53,120 nucleotides of DNA from Nemertoderma westbladi (GCA_032718475.1 JAUCBJ010002613.1:1-53120), one strand, 5' to 3'; shown: positions 1-14,100, counted from the stretch's first letter. Program-made: numbers and translations. The notes: generated by a model not told the origin, from the letters alone.

Positions 1-1563
1 AGTAAGGAACTCCTAGCCAAGTTACTACCGCGCAAGGATACTACTCCCCCGAGGCTGTATGGCCTCGCTAAGGTCCACAAGGCTGGTGTCCCCCTCCGCC
101 CGATAACTTCAATGCCCGGCAGCATCTACCACCCTGTCGCTGAGTACCTCAGGGACATGTTGCAGGTGCTGCCAGAGGGTAGGATTGGTACTAACAGCGC
201 CGGGGCTGCCGATCGTCTCGCCGAGCTGGAGGTAGAACCCACGGACCGCCTCTACTCCCTGGACGTAGTGAGTTTATTCACTAATGTTCCACTCAAGGAG
301 GCGGTGCAGCTTGCTGCTGATCTACTGTACGAGCAACATCCTGACCAGCCTATCAACAAGGACCAATTTATTCGTCTTATGTTGGTTGCTACACAGGATG
401 TTGTATTCCTGGATCACCGTGGTAACTACCGTTGTCAGAGGGATGGTGTCGCCATGGGCTCCCCTTTGGGTCCCATACTCGCCAACATCTTTCTGTCACA
501 GTTCGATGAGCAGATCGCGGCGGGTACCAAGCTTAGCGATAGGTACGTTGATGACGTGTTTAGCGTTGGTAGTAATGACCCCACTGAGAAGCTGAGAGAG
601 GTCAATGCCCTCCACCCCAATCTTAAGTTTACACTTGAGTTGGAGGAACAGGGCCGCTTGCCTTTCCTTGATTTGGTTGTGTCCCGTACTGACCACGCGC
701 TTGCGACGGCGTGGTACCGCAAGCCTACAGATACCGGGCTTGTTCTTAATGCTACTGCGTGTGCCCCTGAGGCATACAAACGGGGGGTAGTTCGTGGAAT
801 GTTTCATCGCATTTTCAACGTCAGTAAGGGCGGGGATGGCTCCCAGCTCCTTTCTGCAATTGGCGAAGCTAACACCATTCTTAGCAATAACCAATATACG
901 AATGCGATGATTCAACGCGAGCTTACCGCCGTCCGTGCCGCTAGGGGGCGTCTTGGCAATTGTAGTGAGAGCGAGGTGACTGCGGTTGCACCCACTGAGG
1001 TCATTGACCTGGTGGATCCAGCACCCGTAGATAATCCCAGGCCTATCATCTGTAAGTTTGAGTACCGCGGTCGGGCTACCGAACTTTTCGTTCGTAGGCT
1101 ACGTGGTCTAGTACCGAGATCTTGCGCACGGCCAGTGCGGTTTGTTTACACAACTGCCAAACTGCGCCAATCACTGCCATCATTGAAACATCCGGTTCCC
1201 GATATTCTGGCTTCTAACGTCGTGTATTCATTTGCTTGTCCCTCTTGTAAGGGGGAATATGTTGGACATACCATCCAACACTTATTTGAACGCGTTAGAC
1301 AGCATCAAGACGGGTCGGCCAATGATGGTAGTGAACAAGGCAAGACAGTTCACAACCATATCATGACGCACCGCGGGGAGCCCAACACACGTTGGTTGAC
1401 TGACTGGCGAGAGTTGTTCAAACACTTCAAGGTTATTGCACGGCACCCTTTGCGTCCTGTCCTGCAAAAACTAGAAATGTTTTATATACGCACTCGCCAG
1501 CCAGCTATTAACAAGCAGAAACGTGATTGGCGCAAGTTTGAGGTGCTGCTTCCCAGTGGTTAG
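1..1563 (+). mobile_element. Penelope-like retroelement ORF (reverse transcriptase + C-terminal GIY-YIG endonuclease), 5' part outside the window
   Basis: The frame is open from base 1 (SKELLAKLLPRKDTTPPRLYGLAKVHKAGVPLRPITSMPG). PLE RT motifs are LYGLAKVHK..PLRPI, SLDVVSLFTNVP, GVAMGSPLGPILANIFL, RYVDD and LPFLD/WYRKPT. The GIY-YIG domain reads VVYSFACPSCKGEYVGHT...ERVRQH...LE.FYI....PAIN. There are no internal stops. Confidence 0.95.
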
Positions 1564-1644
1564 ACGGATACACTTCTACCTTGTTTCACTTTACCGTCCC
1601 GTCTCCCTTGGGAACTTCTATCTATTGTCTCCTTTCTAGCACTA

Positions 1645-1740
1645 GCTACTTGAGAAAGCCCCCATTGGGGCGAAACCTACTGATCAGCTGACAGCCGTCA
1701 GCTGATTACTGATTGCATGCAACGTCTAATGGTCAGTTGC
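1645..1740 (+). ncRNA. Type I hammerhead ribozyme-like motif in the Penelope 3' terminal repeat region
   Basis: Core TTGAGAA (1650-1656, the U3-A8 variant of CUGANGA) plus one extra A, stem II GCCCC-CATT-GGGGC (1658-1671), GAAAC (1672-1676), ACC...GGT-C closing stem III at 1731-1734, and stem I GCTAC/GTTGC. PLEs are known to carry hammerheads at this position. Confidence 0.7.
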
Positions 1741-1859
1741 TTTTTTATTTTAGTATTTGTATCGTACTGTACTGGCATACCTACCGGTAAGGTTTTTTAC
1801 TTCAGCTTGACAATTAAAGAATAAAATAATTGTATTAACTCAAGCATTTAATTATTATT

Positions 1860-4381
1860 ACTTTAATGCAAGTCTGCATCAATCACCTACATCGCCCTGG
1901 GTCTATAGCAATAGTGTTAACCGAAATTATGTCCATCTTCAGGATTTTATCTCTGGAAATGGATTGTTTTCGGCTGGAACCCAGTTCAAGAAGCGAACTG
2001 GAAAGCTATGGACTCATAGTGGACCCAGTGGTCACAAGTCCCAGATAGACCATATTCTGTTTCGTAGGAAATACAGGAGCTCTATACAAGACTGTAATGC
2101 ATTTACACTTCGACCCTTCTCCAGTGATCACCGCCTTATTGTGGCCAAGGTAAGACTTAGTCTGCGTGCTAGCAGAACAACGAAATCTGCCTTGCCACGG
2201 CATGACTGGTCCTCTCTGTTGCAACAGCCAAGTGTGAGATCCAGCTTCACACTACAGCTGAGCAACAGGTATGAGACTCTTGCCTCTGAGGCGGCAGATC
2301 ACTGTGAGGGCTATACTGCCTTTACAGAAGCAGTTAAGTTAGCAGCTGCAGAAACAGTTCCTGTATACCCTCGAAACAGGAAAAGGGCCCCCTGGACTGA
2401 CAATAAAATTCAGAAGTGCCGAAATGACCTTCATAAGGCGCAGAAAGAGTCCCGACTCAAACAGACAACAGCGGCCAAGAATGCAGTTAAAGCTGCATCT
2501 AGGTCCCTGAACAGGCAGTACTCTGTTAATCTACAGGAGCTAATAAACCAACAGGTTGATGCCATCAATGATGCTGACGACAGCAGGCAATCATCCCAGG
2601 CATGGAAATCGATCAATCTGCTTACTGGGCGGAAAAGCCAACCAACCACCAAGGTTAAGGCTGAATCACCAGCCGATCGCCTCAATGGTTGGAAAGCCCA
2701 CTTTGAAAAGCTCCTCAATAATGACAGGGTATTGCCTGATAACTTTATAGAAGTAAAAGTGTCTGAGTCTGTACTCCCAGATATTCCCATTGGCGATATC
2801 TCCTTTGCAGAAGTGAAGGCTGCTGCAAAGAGCATTAAGACCAATCGTGCCAGTGGAGTAGATGGTGTTCCCCCTGAGGTCTTTAAAATACCTGAGTGTT
2901 TAAAGCTCATCTATCCCATCATAGTAGACATGTACCGTACAACAAGAGTCCCACAAGAAATGAAAACAAATAAGTTGGTGCCAGTTCCCAAGAAGGGCAA
3001 CCTAACACTCTATGGTTCTTTTCGGGGAATCTCATTGATCTCGATTGCTGCAAAACTATACAATAGAATTCTATTAAATCGCATCAGGGATCCCATTGAG
3101 AGACTGCTACGTGGAAATCAGAATGGGTTCCGTAAAGGTCGTGGGACCATGGAGCCCATTTTGGCACTTAGAAGGATAATTGAAGAGTTATCAAAAAAGA
3201 AAGACAGGCATCTGGCTGTTATCTTTGTTGACTTCTTCAAGGCCTTTGATTCAGTCTCTCGCTCACGTATGTTCAGCAACTTTCATTATATGGGATTCCT
3301 GATGAAATTATTGCAGCAATCAGATCAGTATACGATGGTTCGACAACATTTGTGTCTACTGTTGACGGTGACACAGAACCATTTGAAGTGTTATGGGGCG
3401 TCCTCCAAGGAGACACACTTGCACCATTCTTGTTCATTATTGTGGTTGACTATGTTCTACGCATGTCCTTAGATCATCATAATGATGATGGGGTGATGAT
3501 AACTCCATCTACTGGCTCCAGAAGTCGAGGAAATCCTGCCAAGTACCTAACTGATCTAGACTTTGCTGATGACTTAGGAGTACTCTCAGAATCATTAGAG
3601 GGAGCCCAGCGGCTCCTCAGCTCATTAGAACATGCTGCTTCTAGTGTTGGTCTTTTTATTAACTCCAGAAAGACCAAAATTCTGACAGTTAACTTTGAAA
3701 GTCCTCAGCAAGTCTCTGATCGGATGAGCATAAGCTCAAAGGATGGTATGCTTGAGCATGTGGACGACTTCTGTTACCTGGGATCATGGATCCGGAAGTC
3801 AGGTGAGGACCTTCGAATACGTAAGGGAAAGGCATGGGCAGCCTTGAATAGGCTTTCCAGGATTTGGAAGTCACCTAGAATTAATCGGAAACTTAAGGTC
3901 CGATTATTTAGAGCAGCAGTAGTTCCAGTACTCCTCTACGGGAGTCCATGCTGGGCTCTAACTGCTGAGGACACCAAATCTCTGGATGGCACATTCACAA
4001 GAATGCTACGCCGGGTACATTGTGTCAAGTACAATGCACACATCTCCAACCAGACACTATATAACATTGGAGGTGTCTCATTGGTTCCCCCAAGCTTGAC
4101 ACTAGAACAAAATCGCCTCCGCTTTGCAGGACATTGCTTTCGCCGTGAGGACCAGCCAGTGCATAATCTTGTACTTTGGCAGCCTCATGGAGTGAATAAG
4201 CATGGTGGACAGCCCATGACGTTCTTGAGACGCATCTTAAAGGACACTGGCCTTAAAGATGCGGATGATCTAGCAAATGTCATGGGTGATAGGGAGTTGT
4301 GGCGGTGCAATTTTGTTGACAAGCCGGCACAGCATTCTTAAAAATGCAGCTGGAATGCAGCATGCCGATCCTAGTAGTAGT
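1860..4381 (+). mobile_element. RTE-clade non-LTR retrotransposon, 5'-truncated within the AP endonuclease, with one frameshift at about 3278-3280
   Basis: The frame begins at (D)FNA, with APE motifs WTH..QIDHIL..SDH and RT motifs GVDGVPPE, NGFRKGRG, DFFKAFDSV, GVLQGDTLAPFLF and DFADD. The RTE-type C-terminus is RLRFAGHCFR...DRELWR, followed by a short 3' UTR ending in (TAG)n at 4372-4381. ORFs 1964-3472 and 3352-4341 join if one base is restored (MFS[I]LSLYGIPDEII). Confidence 0.92.
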
Positions 4382-4429
4382 AACTGGAGAATATTCAAAC
4401 CCCCAAGTGCCCAACTCTAATTCATGAAT

Positions 4430-5040
4430 TTCTGAAATCTGTCAGTCTTTCTGTCAGTTTGTCTGTCAAGACTTTAGAAAGAATAAAATCTACAAACGTT
4501 CTTGCTATGGGGGTTTTCATTGTCAAGGATTTCATTTCCACTGTCAGTTTTCACTTTTGACCCTATCCAGACTGTCTGTCGGTCTGCCTGTCAGTTTGTC
4601 CGTCAAAAGTTTAAGGAATCACATTAGCTAATTAAAATTCTCGCTATGGGGGTTTTCCTGGTCAAGGATTTCATTTCCGCTGTCAGTTTTCACTTTTGAC
4701 CCTATGCAGACTGTTTGTCGGTCTGTCTGTCTGTCTGTCAGTCTGTCGGTCGAAAATATAAGGGATCACATTAGCTAATTAAAATTCTCTCTATGGGGGG
4801 TTTTCCTGGTCAAGGATTTCATTTCTGCTGTCAGTTTTCACTTTTGATCCTATCCAAACTCTCTGCCGGTCTGTCTGTCGGTCTGTCTGTCTGTCGGTCT
4901 GTCTGTCCGTCAAAAATATAAGGAATCACATTAGCTAATTAAAATTATCTCTATGGGGGTTTTCCTGGTCAAGGATTTCATTTCCGCTGACAGTTTTCAC
5001 TTGTGACCGTATCCAGACTGTCTGTCGGTCAGTCTGTTTA
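4430..5040. repeat. Tandem ~130-170 bp repeats with (CTGT)n tracts; member of a dispersed non-autonomous element family
   Basis: CTATGGGGGTTTTCCTGGTCAAGGATTTCATTTCC...CTGTCAGTTTTCACTTTTGACCCTAT is repeated four times. An inverted relative lies at about 6730-6900 and another relative at about 52730-52860. Confidence 0.7.
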
Positions 5041-7373
5041 GGCTTTTTTGTTTCGGCTGTTTAGTCAGTTTAGGCCTACCTTACTGCAGTACTGCCTTAT
5101 TCTGTTATTGCTAATGTCTGGCAGTCTGTAAGCAGATTTGAACTAGGCCTACCGTAGTTAAATTACAGTAGATGCAAGTTGAAATGCGCCGTAAAACATA
5201 TAGAAGCATGTACTTAAGAGACCAGCAACATTTTCCCTTCTTATAAATCGAATAAATGTCATGGAACAGACGTGAGTGTCATGGCGCAATACCCATGGAA
5301 CAGACGTATGTGCCATGGCAGCATGGTACCGAAAGGGTTAAGGAACAATTCAAACCTTCCCGCTATTTTAGATAATACCATTTTTCCATGTTCAACAATA
5401 ACTTTGTCAAAAATGAATGAAATTCAACGAAATTTTTAAAAGTAGTTTAATACGAAATACTGTCTGCTGGTTGGTAGTTGGGTGTTGACCAATGGCGGCT
5501 TGGATGAATCAATTCAGCATCAGCTGATCAGTGTTCTAGTAGTGTATTACATTGTACAGTACACTGTACAGTGACTGCCAGGCAAGTGGCGCATGCTAAC
5601 AGGCTGACTGGTGATCGTAACTACACAGAACTGCAGTGCAGCAGTCGAAATGCTGAAGGCCTACACTCTGACTGCTGTCCTAATTTGAGCGCCATTTTGT
5701 GGTGTTTTGCCATCATTGGTTTACCTCTAAAAACCAACCAGCAGACAGTTTGGTATTAAATTGTGCCTTCTAATAATACCGATCTCACTGGAAAATGAGA
5801 TTTTATTTAAAGTTATATAATTTCGATATTTTCGTTAATAATTTCGTCTTTTTCGTTATTTTCAGGTTTTATAACCATCCTCGAACGAGTTTGTAAATCT
5901 CGGGAATACAAAATAAAGGTTACAAAACTAGCCGCCAATGGCCACCAATCACATGTACACTAGTCTTTCAAAAGTTTAGATATTTTCCAAAGTTAACTTA
6001 TTATTAAAGGGGCTACAGTAGTCGCATTTTGTGAACATAATCAAATGACCTTCAGATGTTTTCTGAAGACCATCTGAGTTTTCGAATTTGTTAGCGATTT
6101 CGCCATATCTTTTAACGTTTTCAAGATATGACCCTTTTTTTACTTCTTGCACTTTTCATTCGCTAGAACAATATTTCAGAAACTCAGAGTTTTATCCAAA
6201 TGTGCTAATTTCATTTCCTGTGGGGTTGTTGAGGATTTCTGGGAACCCTTGTTAAGGTGACAAACATTTTTCAAATGTCTGACCGAGAATTGTCTGTTTT
6301 TTCACTACTTGCACTTATCGAATTTCGGAAATGACGACAACCCCAAAACTGTCTTTAGTGGGATTAAAAGCTTAAATTAATTTAATTTAATACATTAAGG
6401 GAAAGTGTGTTACAGTTGGTGGTGCTTTCTAACCATAACAATAAACAAAACTTTATTTCATATGCGACCAATTTGCAGTGTATTTCACATTTTCTAATTG
6501 TGGTCTATGTGCACTACTATCTGACTTTCCGTGCTATGGAATAAAAAATGTCAAAATCACAGATATTTGTCTATTTTTTAACTCCTGTGTGGTTTTTGTT
6601 GGCGCGGAGTCCGTTTGTGATATTATTAAAAAAATCGAACTAAAATGTCCTTGTTTTTCTTCCTGAGACTAAAAGTGCAAGTACCATGTAGTGAAAATGT
6701 AACAGGTAGAGGTGTGTTTACGGATGCTTGGACAGGCAGACCGACAAAATAGACAGCCTCAATTCGCCAAATATACAAATAATCAAAATTAACAAATCCC
6801 TTACCTGGAAAACCCCCATAGCAATAATTAGCAGTCAAAGCAAAAATGTCATCTTTTTGCCACCAGGCATTAGCGAAATCGACTATCTGAGTCTGACAGT
6901 CACCGTCATCAATTTGACAGTTTGCAGAAGACAGACTTAAAAAGCCAGTTTAAACGGACACAAAAAGTCACTACAAAATATGCAAAATTGAAAGGACAAA
7001 AAGTGAAAAAAATGGACATAAAAAATAACATAAAAACATTTTAATCTCCCGGGTGGGGAAGCAGGGCAATTCTCCCTCCACTCCACAGCTCCATGCATTA
7101 ATTATTATACAGTACTGTACTAAACAGACTTAACAGTTTAGCAGGGGGAAACCAGGCAGTAGCAGTAAGTAAAACGTAATTTACAATTTACACTACCGGT
7201 ACTTTCAGACTTTAGTAGTAGTGCAGTTGTGCCCAGCTAGCCAGCCTACCCTTATTTCAGTGATTGAGTGCAGAAAGTGGGAAAACATTGCATCGCAGAA
7301 TGTTCAGCATCAGTTCAGACTGTTAGATATGTTAGTCCTACTATTTTTTAAATAAATTTGTTTTAATCTGGCG

Positions 7374-7507
7374 ATGGGTGAACGTGATACTAATAAGACG
7401 ACGACAACCTCTGAATTCAGAGGTTTTCTGTATAAATGGACAAACTACATGCGAGGATATCAGCGTCGATGGTTTGTTCTCAGTAATGGATTGTTCTCAT
7501 ATTATCG
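7374..7507 (+). CDS. OSBP: OSBP-like gene, coding exon 1 (start of PH domain)
   Basis: ATG at 7374. Translates [45 protein letters not shown], matching the OSBP PH signature [24 protein letters not shown]. Phase-2 donor CG|GTTAGG. Confidence 0.92.
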
Positions 7508-8065
7508 GTTAGGCCTAGTTTAGTTTAGATTAACCTTATCTTACTGTTTGATTATTTATACCTGGTGCCTGGGCAACTGGCAGGCAGCAGGCTCTGAGGC
7601 TGGGGAATTTAAGATAAACAATGAACATGAAAAGTAGCCCCAACTCCCAGAGCTCTGTCCCCTGTCGGACAGTCGGATGTCTCTGTCAGCGTCATGCAGT
7701 CAGGCTGTAGACGTCAAGACTCATGAGTACCCGTACCTACCGCTGCCAACTTCTGAACTTGCCAAGGCCTACAACCTCAGACAGTCAGAACCTGACAACT
7801 GTGCATTATTCTATTGCAGAATTGAACTGCTTACACTCGACATTACAGCATTAATAATTTTATTCATGTAGGATGTAGGCCTTGGCCTATCCTGCTATCT
7901 CAGTAAAGTCTGAAAATTCTTGATTTTATTTACCGGTAGGCTAGGCCTATATTCTGACTGTCTGATCTTAGTTTAATAAATAAGGTAGGAAAGGAATATT
8001 ACAATACAGCAATAGGCTGATAGTAATAGATAAGTTATGTTACTTTGTTAATACCGGTAAGCTTC

Positions 8066-8736
8066 GGATACATGACCGAACGTAATCAGGATCGAATGTA
8101 ACATTTGGCCTAGTTATTTATTACGTATCTAACGTAACCGCATTTATGTTACATTGGATCCTATAACTATGTTACATTCGATCTACAAATTACTTACAGC
8201 TGACTAAGCCCGAATGTAACATTGCCATTTGAAGGGGCACGTTACATAGCAGCAGACAGGCAGAGGCGTGTTGGGGGAACCAAAACAATAAACGAAAGTT
8301 AACACATGTCTGCATTTTACATGTTACAAGATCAGAAGATTATGGAGGTTACTGGGTTAAGTTTAGCCTACTTTTATTTAAAGGAGCAGGTTACAGTAGA
8401 GGCGTGTTGGTGGACCAAAACAATAAACGAAAGTTAACACATATTACAAGATTATGCAGGTTACTTCAGTACCGGTACTTAATTCAGTAATTGGGTCTTG
8501 GGTCTTTGTTTTGTACTCACCAAACTGTTTCTTCCTGTAAATAAACGAAGCATTTCATCGGTTAGGGCCTAACTCCTGAAATCAAAACACAACTGAAATA
8601 AATGTATGTTACATTCGGGCTTAGAATTTTGTAGATCGAATGTAACATAGTTATAGGATCCAATGTAACATAATTGAGGTTACGTTCGATTCGTAAAAAC
8701 TATGTTTCGATCCTGATTACGTTCGGTCTGTCACCC
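8066..8736. mobile_element. Non-autonomous TIR element (MULE/Mutator-like MITE)
   Basis: Long imperfect inverted repeats (about 8066-8222 vs 8607-8736), GG...CC termini and a 9-bp direct repeat GTAAGCTTC at 8057-8065 and 8737-8745. Confidence 0.8.
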
Positions 8737-8758
8737 GTAAGCTTCCTATATTATATTA

Positions 8759-9343
8759 CCGGTGTAATAGAGAATTATCACTCCCCATGCAAAATCACCT
8801 CCCGGTTAAAATTCCCTAGTGTATTCTCACACTTCCGGGATGTATTTTCCCTAGTGTATTTTAACCCCCTCCTGTCAGCCAGTGAAAACTCATCCCTGCC
8901 AACCTGAATTTATAAATTTTCACTCTGTGCAAATCCATCCCGGGTTAAATTTCCCTAGTGTATTCTCACTCCCTGTGTATTTTTTTGTATCTTTTACAGT
9001 ACTTTACTATATACAAATCTCCAGCGTGTGTTTGTCTGTGTGCTAGAGTAGCAGTAGAGGTATCTTTGGTCTTATCTGTAGGCTTATATCGAATTTAAAT
9101 TATATTGAAATGTAAAATATCATGGGAGTAAGAATACACTGAGCAGCTGACCCTGAGCCTGAGGCGGTTAAATTTCACTAAAATAATCACCCAGGGTAGA
9201 TTCACCACCGGTCTGCCGGTTAAAATACCCTACAGCCCTAGTAAATTCTAACCTGGGGGTGAAAATACACTAGTGAATAGTAAAGGAGGGAATGAATTTT
9301 TTTTTTTTGGGGGGGGGGGGGTGGAAATTCTCTGCTACACCGG
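8759..9343. mobile_element. MITE with CCGGTGTA termini and TA target duplication
   Basis: CCGGTGTAATAGAGAATT ... AATTCTCTGCTACACCGG flanked by TA on both sides, with internal inverted subrepeats (CTAGTGTATT / AATACACT). Confidence 0.7.
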
Positions 9344-9879
9344 TACACGATTAAAATAACATTATTTTAAAAACTGATTTGTTCATGATATATCATTTTG
9401 TGTAGAATTAATTTAGTAGTGTAGTTTAGTAGTCTGGTAGTTGTATTAGTGTATTTAGTAGTTTTTAAAATAATTAAATATTTTAATGAGGTTTGTCACT
9501 GTCAGATAAGAGGATAGGCCTATGCTGCTATGAGTTTCTCACTCCCATGCAAACCTTGTCTAATGGAACAAATTAAGTCCATATGTACAGTATTGCGATG
9601 TATGGGCTATGGCCTATGCGGCGTTCCATACTCTACTCCTATCCAAACCTTGTCTACCGGTAGTCTAATGGAGCAAATAAACCGATATGTTCTTTGCCGA
9701 TATGTATGTGTTCTTTGAGGGTATAGTTTGAGGGTCTGTTACATGCCTGGCTAAATTCTCACTATTTTGTTGTTGTATTTTCTCAGTAATTCTATAATAA
9801 TATCAAAACAATTCGCTTAAAAATATGTATATAGGCCTCCTATTCCTTTCTTACTTATGTCATTTTTATTATATTCCAG

Positions 9880-10094
9880 AATGCAGATCAGTGCTAGTGA
9901 TTTACCGCTTACTACGGCATGCAGAGGGACTATCAACCTCTTGAACGCTTTTATAACCAGCGTAAACGACTGTAACTTCGCAATATCTAACGGCGGGTCG
10001 CAGACATGGCATCTCAAAGCGAGTTCCGAGGCAGAGAAGATGCGATGGTTGACGGGGTTGGAGTTGCAGAAGAATACAACGCAAATGGAGATGG
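9880..10094 (+). CDS. OSBP: OSBP-like gene, coding exon 2 (rest of PH domain)
   Basis: Pyrimidine-rich acceptor TTCCAG|A is phase-compatible with exon 1. CRGTINLLNAFIT..DCNFAISNGGSQTWHLKASSEAEKMRWLTGLEL matches OSBP CRGTINL..A.I...D.CNF.ISNGG.QT.HLKASSE.E..RW.T.LEL. Donor G|GTTAGT. Confidence 0.92.
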
Positions 10095-11129
10095 GTTAGT
10101 AGGTAGAATGGGGGGGGGGGGGGGGGGTCTAAATACTAACTAGACACTCCATTGTAGTTCCTTCCACGTTTTGCTGATAAGGATTTAGCTGCTCTTCGGT
10201 TAGTTGTCAATAAAATCTATCTATATCTATCTGTGAGTTTCGTAGAGTTTGCTACTGCAAATCCAATCCAAATCCTAATTATATGTAAATATGCTACACT
10301 TCTCCCATTCCAAACTGACCACATGTCGTACCGACAGGCTCATATATCTATCCGCGAGCCTTCGGATTTCTTCCAGTATGGCATGTTTCATGTTTACCGA
10401 TCTCAGTTTACCCGCTGTAAGGTCCAGTAGTATACCGCTTACTGGATCCTAGTAACGATGTATCTTACCGTAAGATCTAGTAATGTATACGGGCTCGTAC
10501 AGTATCTGACAACAAATCCCAGTCCAGGATATCTAAACAAACAGATACAATACACAAACTACTACTGGCGAGGAACAGAGCCTAGTGTCTATTCTATGTA
10601 CGTGAGCGGGTCTAATGCCTACGAACTAGACAAAAGGATACCTGTCCTCTAACCGGTGAGGCAGATGTACAGTTACAGTAACAGACCAAACTCACGGGAA
10701 AACAATCCCCGCGCAGCGAATCCTAACTATCGCTGACAGTCCTAAATACAGTAACTTGCCGCGGTGTGATTTATATGGTTTATATACGAGCTAGTGGGTT
10801 AACAGACCTAGCGTAACAACACTGATTCAGTCCTAAATCAGTCGAAAGAGGGTCGTGCCTAATGTAACAATACTGCTGAGCAGAAAACAACAGTTTAATA
10901 ACGAAAATGAAATACTCCTTATTGCCGTAACTAAATATCAGATCCTAATTTACAAATACAGATAAATTCTGCCTAAAGTAATATATAGTACGCTATAACT
11001 AGTAGAACTCTAAGGGTAAATATGTTTTCTCTGTTATCTCTTAGTTAAGTTATCAGAATTTTATCAGAGTTGATCAGAATGATACACAATGTTCATTGTA
11101 GATAAAATATAAACATCCGCAGTCTCACT

Positions 11130-14100
11130 GATGAGACATTGTGTACCAAACGATACATTGTGGACCAAACGATACATTGTGGACCAAACGATACATTGTT
11201 TACCAAACGAGACATTGTGGACCAAACGATACATTGTTTACCAAACGAGACATTGTGGACCAAACGATACATTGTTTACCAAACGGGACATTGTGTACCA
11301 AACGATACATTGTTTACCAAACGATACATTGTTTACCAAACGAGACATTGTGTACCAAACGATACATTGTTTACCAAATGAGACATTGTGGACCAAACGA
11401 TACATTGTTTACCAAACGAGACATTGTTAACCAAATGAGACATTGTTAACCAAATGAGACATTGTTGACCAAACGATACATTGTTTACCAAACGAGACAA
11501 TGTTTACCAAATGAGATATTGTGTACCAAATGAGACATTGTGTACCAAACGATACATTGTTTACCAAACGAGACAATGTTTACCAAACGAGACATTGTTA
11601 ACCAAATGAGACATTGTGGACCAAACGATACATTGTTTACCAAACGAGACAATGTTTACCAAATGAGATGTTGTGTACTAAATGAGACATTGTGGACCAA
11701 ATGAGACATTGTGTACCAATGAGACATTGTGTACCAAATGGGAAATTGTGTACTAAATGAGACATTGTGTACTAAATGAGACATTGTGTACTAAATGAAA
11801 CATTGTGTACCAAATGAGACATTGTGTACCAAATGGGAAATTGTGTACTAAATGAGACATTGTGTACTAAATGAGACATTGTGTACCAAATGAGACATTG
11901 TGTACCAAATGGGAAATTGTGTACTAATGCTAAATGAGACATTGTGTACTAAATGAGACATTGTTTACCAGATGATACCTTGTGTACCAAATGAGACGTT
12001 GTTTACAAAAGGAGACATTGTGTACCAAATGAAACATTGTGTACCAAATGAGACATTGTGTACCAAATGGGACATTGTGTATCAAATGAGTCATTGTGTA
12101 CCAAATGAGACATTGTGTACCAATTCAGATATTATGTACCAAATGAGACATTGTTTACCAAATGAGACATTGTGTACCATGTGAGATATTGAGATATTGT
12201 AGACATTGTGGACCAAATGAGATCTGCAGAAGAATTCGAGTATATGTTATCGTATATGTGTACAAGCTGATCATTTCTACTTAGTTACTATAGATACCAA
12301 TACCTATTTTTCAATTTGCGGTTTGGCTATACACAATCTATCTTTGTATTTGTATTTTATATTTAGTATATTTGTGCTTGCTGTACTCTAGGTATATCAC
12401 ATATGTGTGTATTTCTATGTACGATATTAAATTAAATTAAAATCAGACATTATGTACCAAATGAGACATTGTGTACCAAATGGGAAATTGTGTACTAAAT
12501 GAGACATTGTGTACTAAATGAGACATTGTGTACCAAATGAGACATTGTGTACCAAATGGGAAATTGTGTACTAAATGAGACATTGTGTACTAAATGAGAC
12601 ATTGTGTACCAAATGAGACGTTGTGTACCAAATGAGACATTGTGTACCAAATGGGAAATTGTGTACTAATACTAAATGAGACATTGTGTACCAAATGAGA
12701 CATTGTGTACCAAATGAGACATTGTGTATCAAATGAGACATTGTGTAGCAAATGAGACATTGTGTACCAATTCAGATATTATGTACCAAATGAGACATTG
12801 TTTACCAAATGAGACATTGTGTACCATATGAGATATTGTGTACCAAATGAGATATTGTGTACCAAATGAGACATTGTGTACCAATTCAGATATTATGTAC
12901 CAAATGAGACATTGTTTACAAAATGAGACATTGTTTACCAAATGAGACATTGTGTACCATATGAGACATTGTGTACCAAATGAGACATTGTGTACCGAAT
13001 GAGACATTGTGTAGCTAATGAGACATTGTGTATCAAATGAGACATTGTGTACCAAATGAGTCATTGTGTAACAAATGAGACATTGTGTACCAATTGAGAT
13101 ATTATGTACCTAATGAGACATTGTGTACCATATGAGACATTGTGTACCAAATGAGACATTGTATACCAAATGAGACATTGTGTAGCTAATGATACATTGT
13201 GTATCAAATCAGACATTGTGTACCAAATAAGTCATTGTGTAAAGTCATTGTGTACCAAATAAGTCATTGTGTAACAAAGGAGACATTGTGTACCAATTCA
13301 GATATTATGTACCAAATGAGACATTGTGTACCAATGAGACATTGTGTACCAATGAGACATTGTGTACTAAATGAGACATTGTTTACCAGATGAGACATTG
13401 TGTACCAAATGAGTCGTTGTTTACAAAAGGAGACATTGTGTACCAAATGAAACATTGTTTATCAAATGAGACATTGTGTATCAAATGAGACATTCTGTAT
13501 CAAATGATACATTGTGTATCAAATGAGACATTGTGTACCAATGAGACATTGTGTACTAAATTAGACATTGTTTACCAGATGAGACATTGTGTACCAATGA
13601 GACATTGTGTACCAATGAGACATTGTGTACTAAATGAGACATTGTTTACCAGATGAGGCATTGTGTACCAAATGAGACGTTCTTTACAAAAGGAGACATT
13701 GTGTACCAAATGAGACATTGTGTATATACCAATTCAGATATTATGTACCAAATAAGACATTGTGTACCATATGAGACATTGTGTAGCAAATGAGACATTG
13801 TGTATCAAATGAATCATTGTGTACCAAATGAGACATTGTGTACCAATTCAGATAGTATGTACCAAATGAGACGTTGTTTACAAAAGGAGACATTGTGTAT
13901 CATATGAGATATTGTGTACCAAATGAGATATTGTGTACCAAATGTGACATTGTGTATCAAATGAGTCATTGTGTACCAAATGAGACATTGTGTACCAATT
14001 CAGATATTATGTACCAAATGAGACATTGTTTACCAAATGAGACATTGTGTACCATGTGAGATATTGTGTACCAAATGAGATATTGTGTACCAAATGAGAC

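Noticed and set aside
10150-11030. Possible solo LTR
   Set aside because: The composition is suggestive, but I could not identify TG...CA ends with a target duplication or a second copy.
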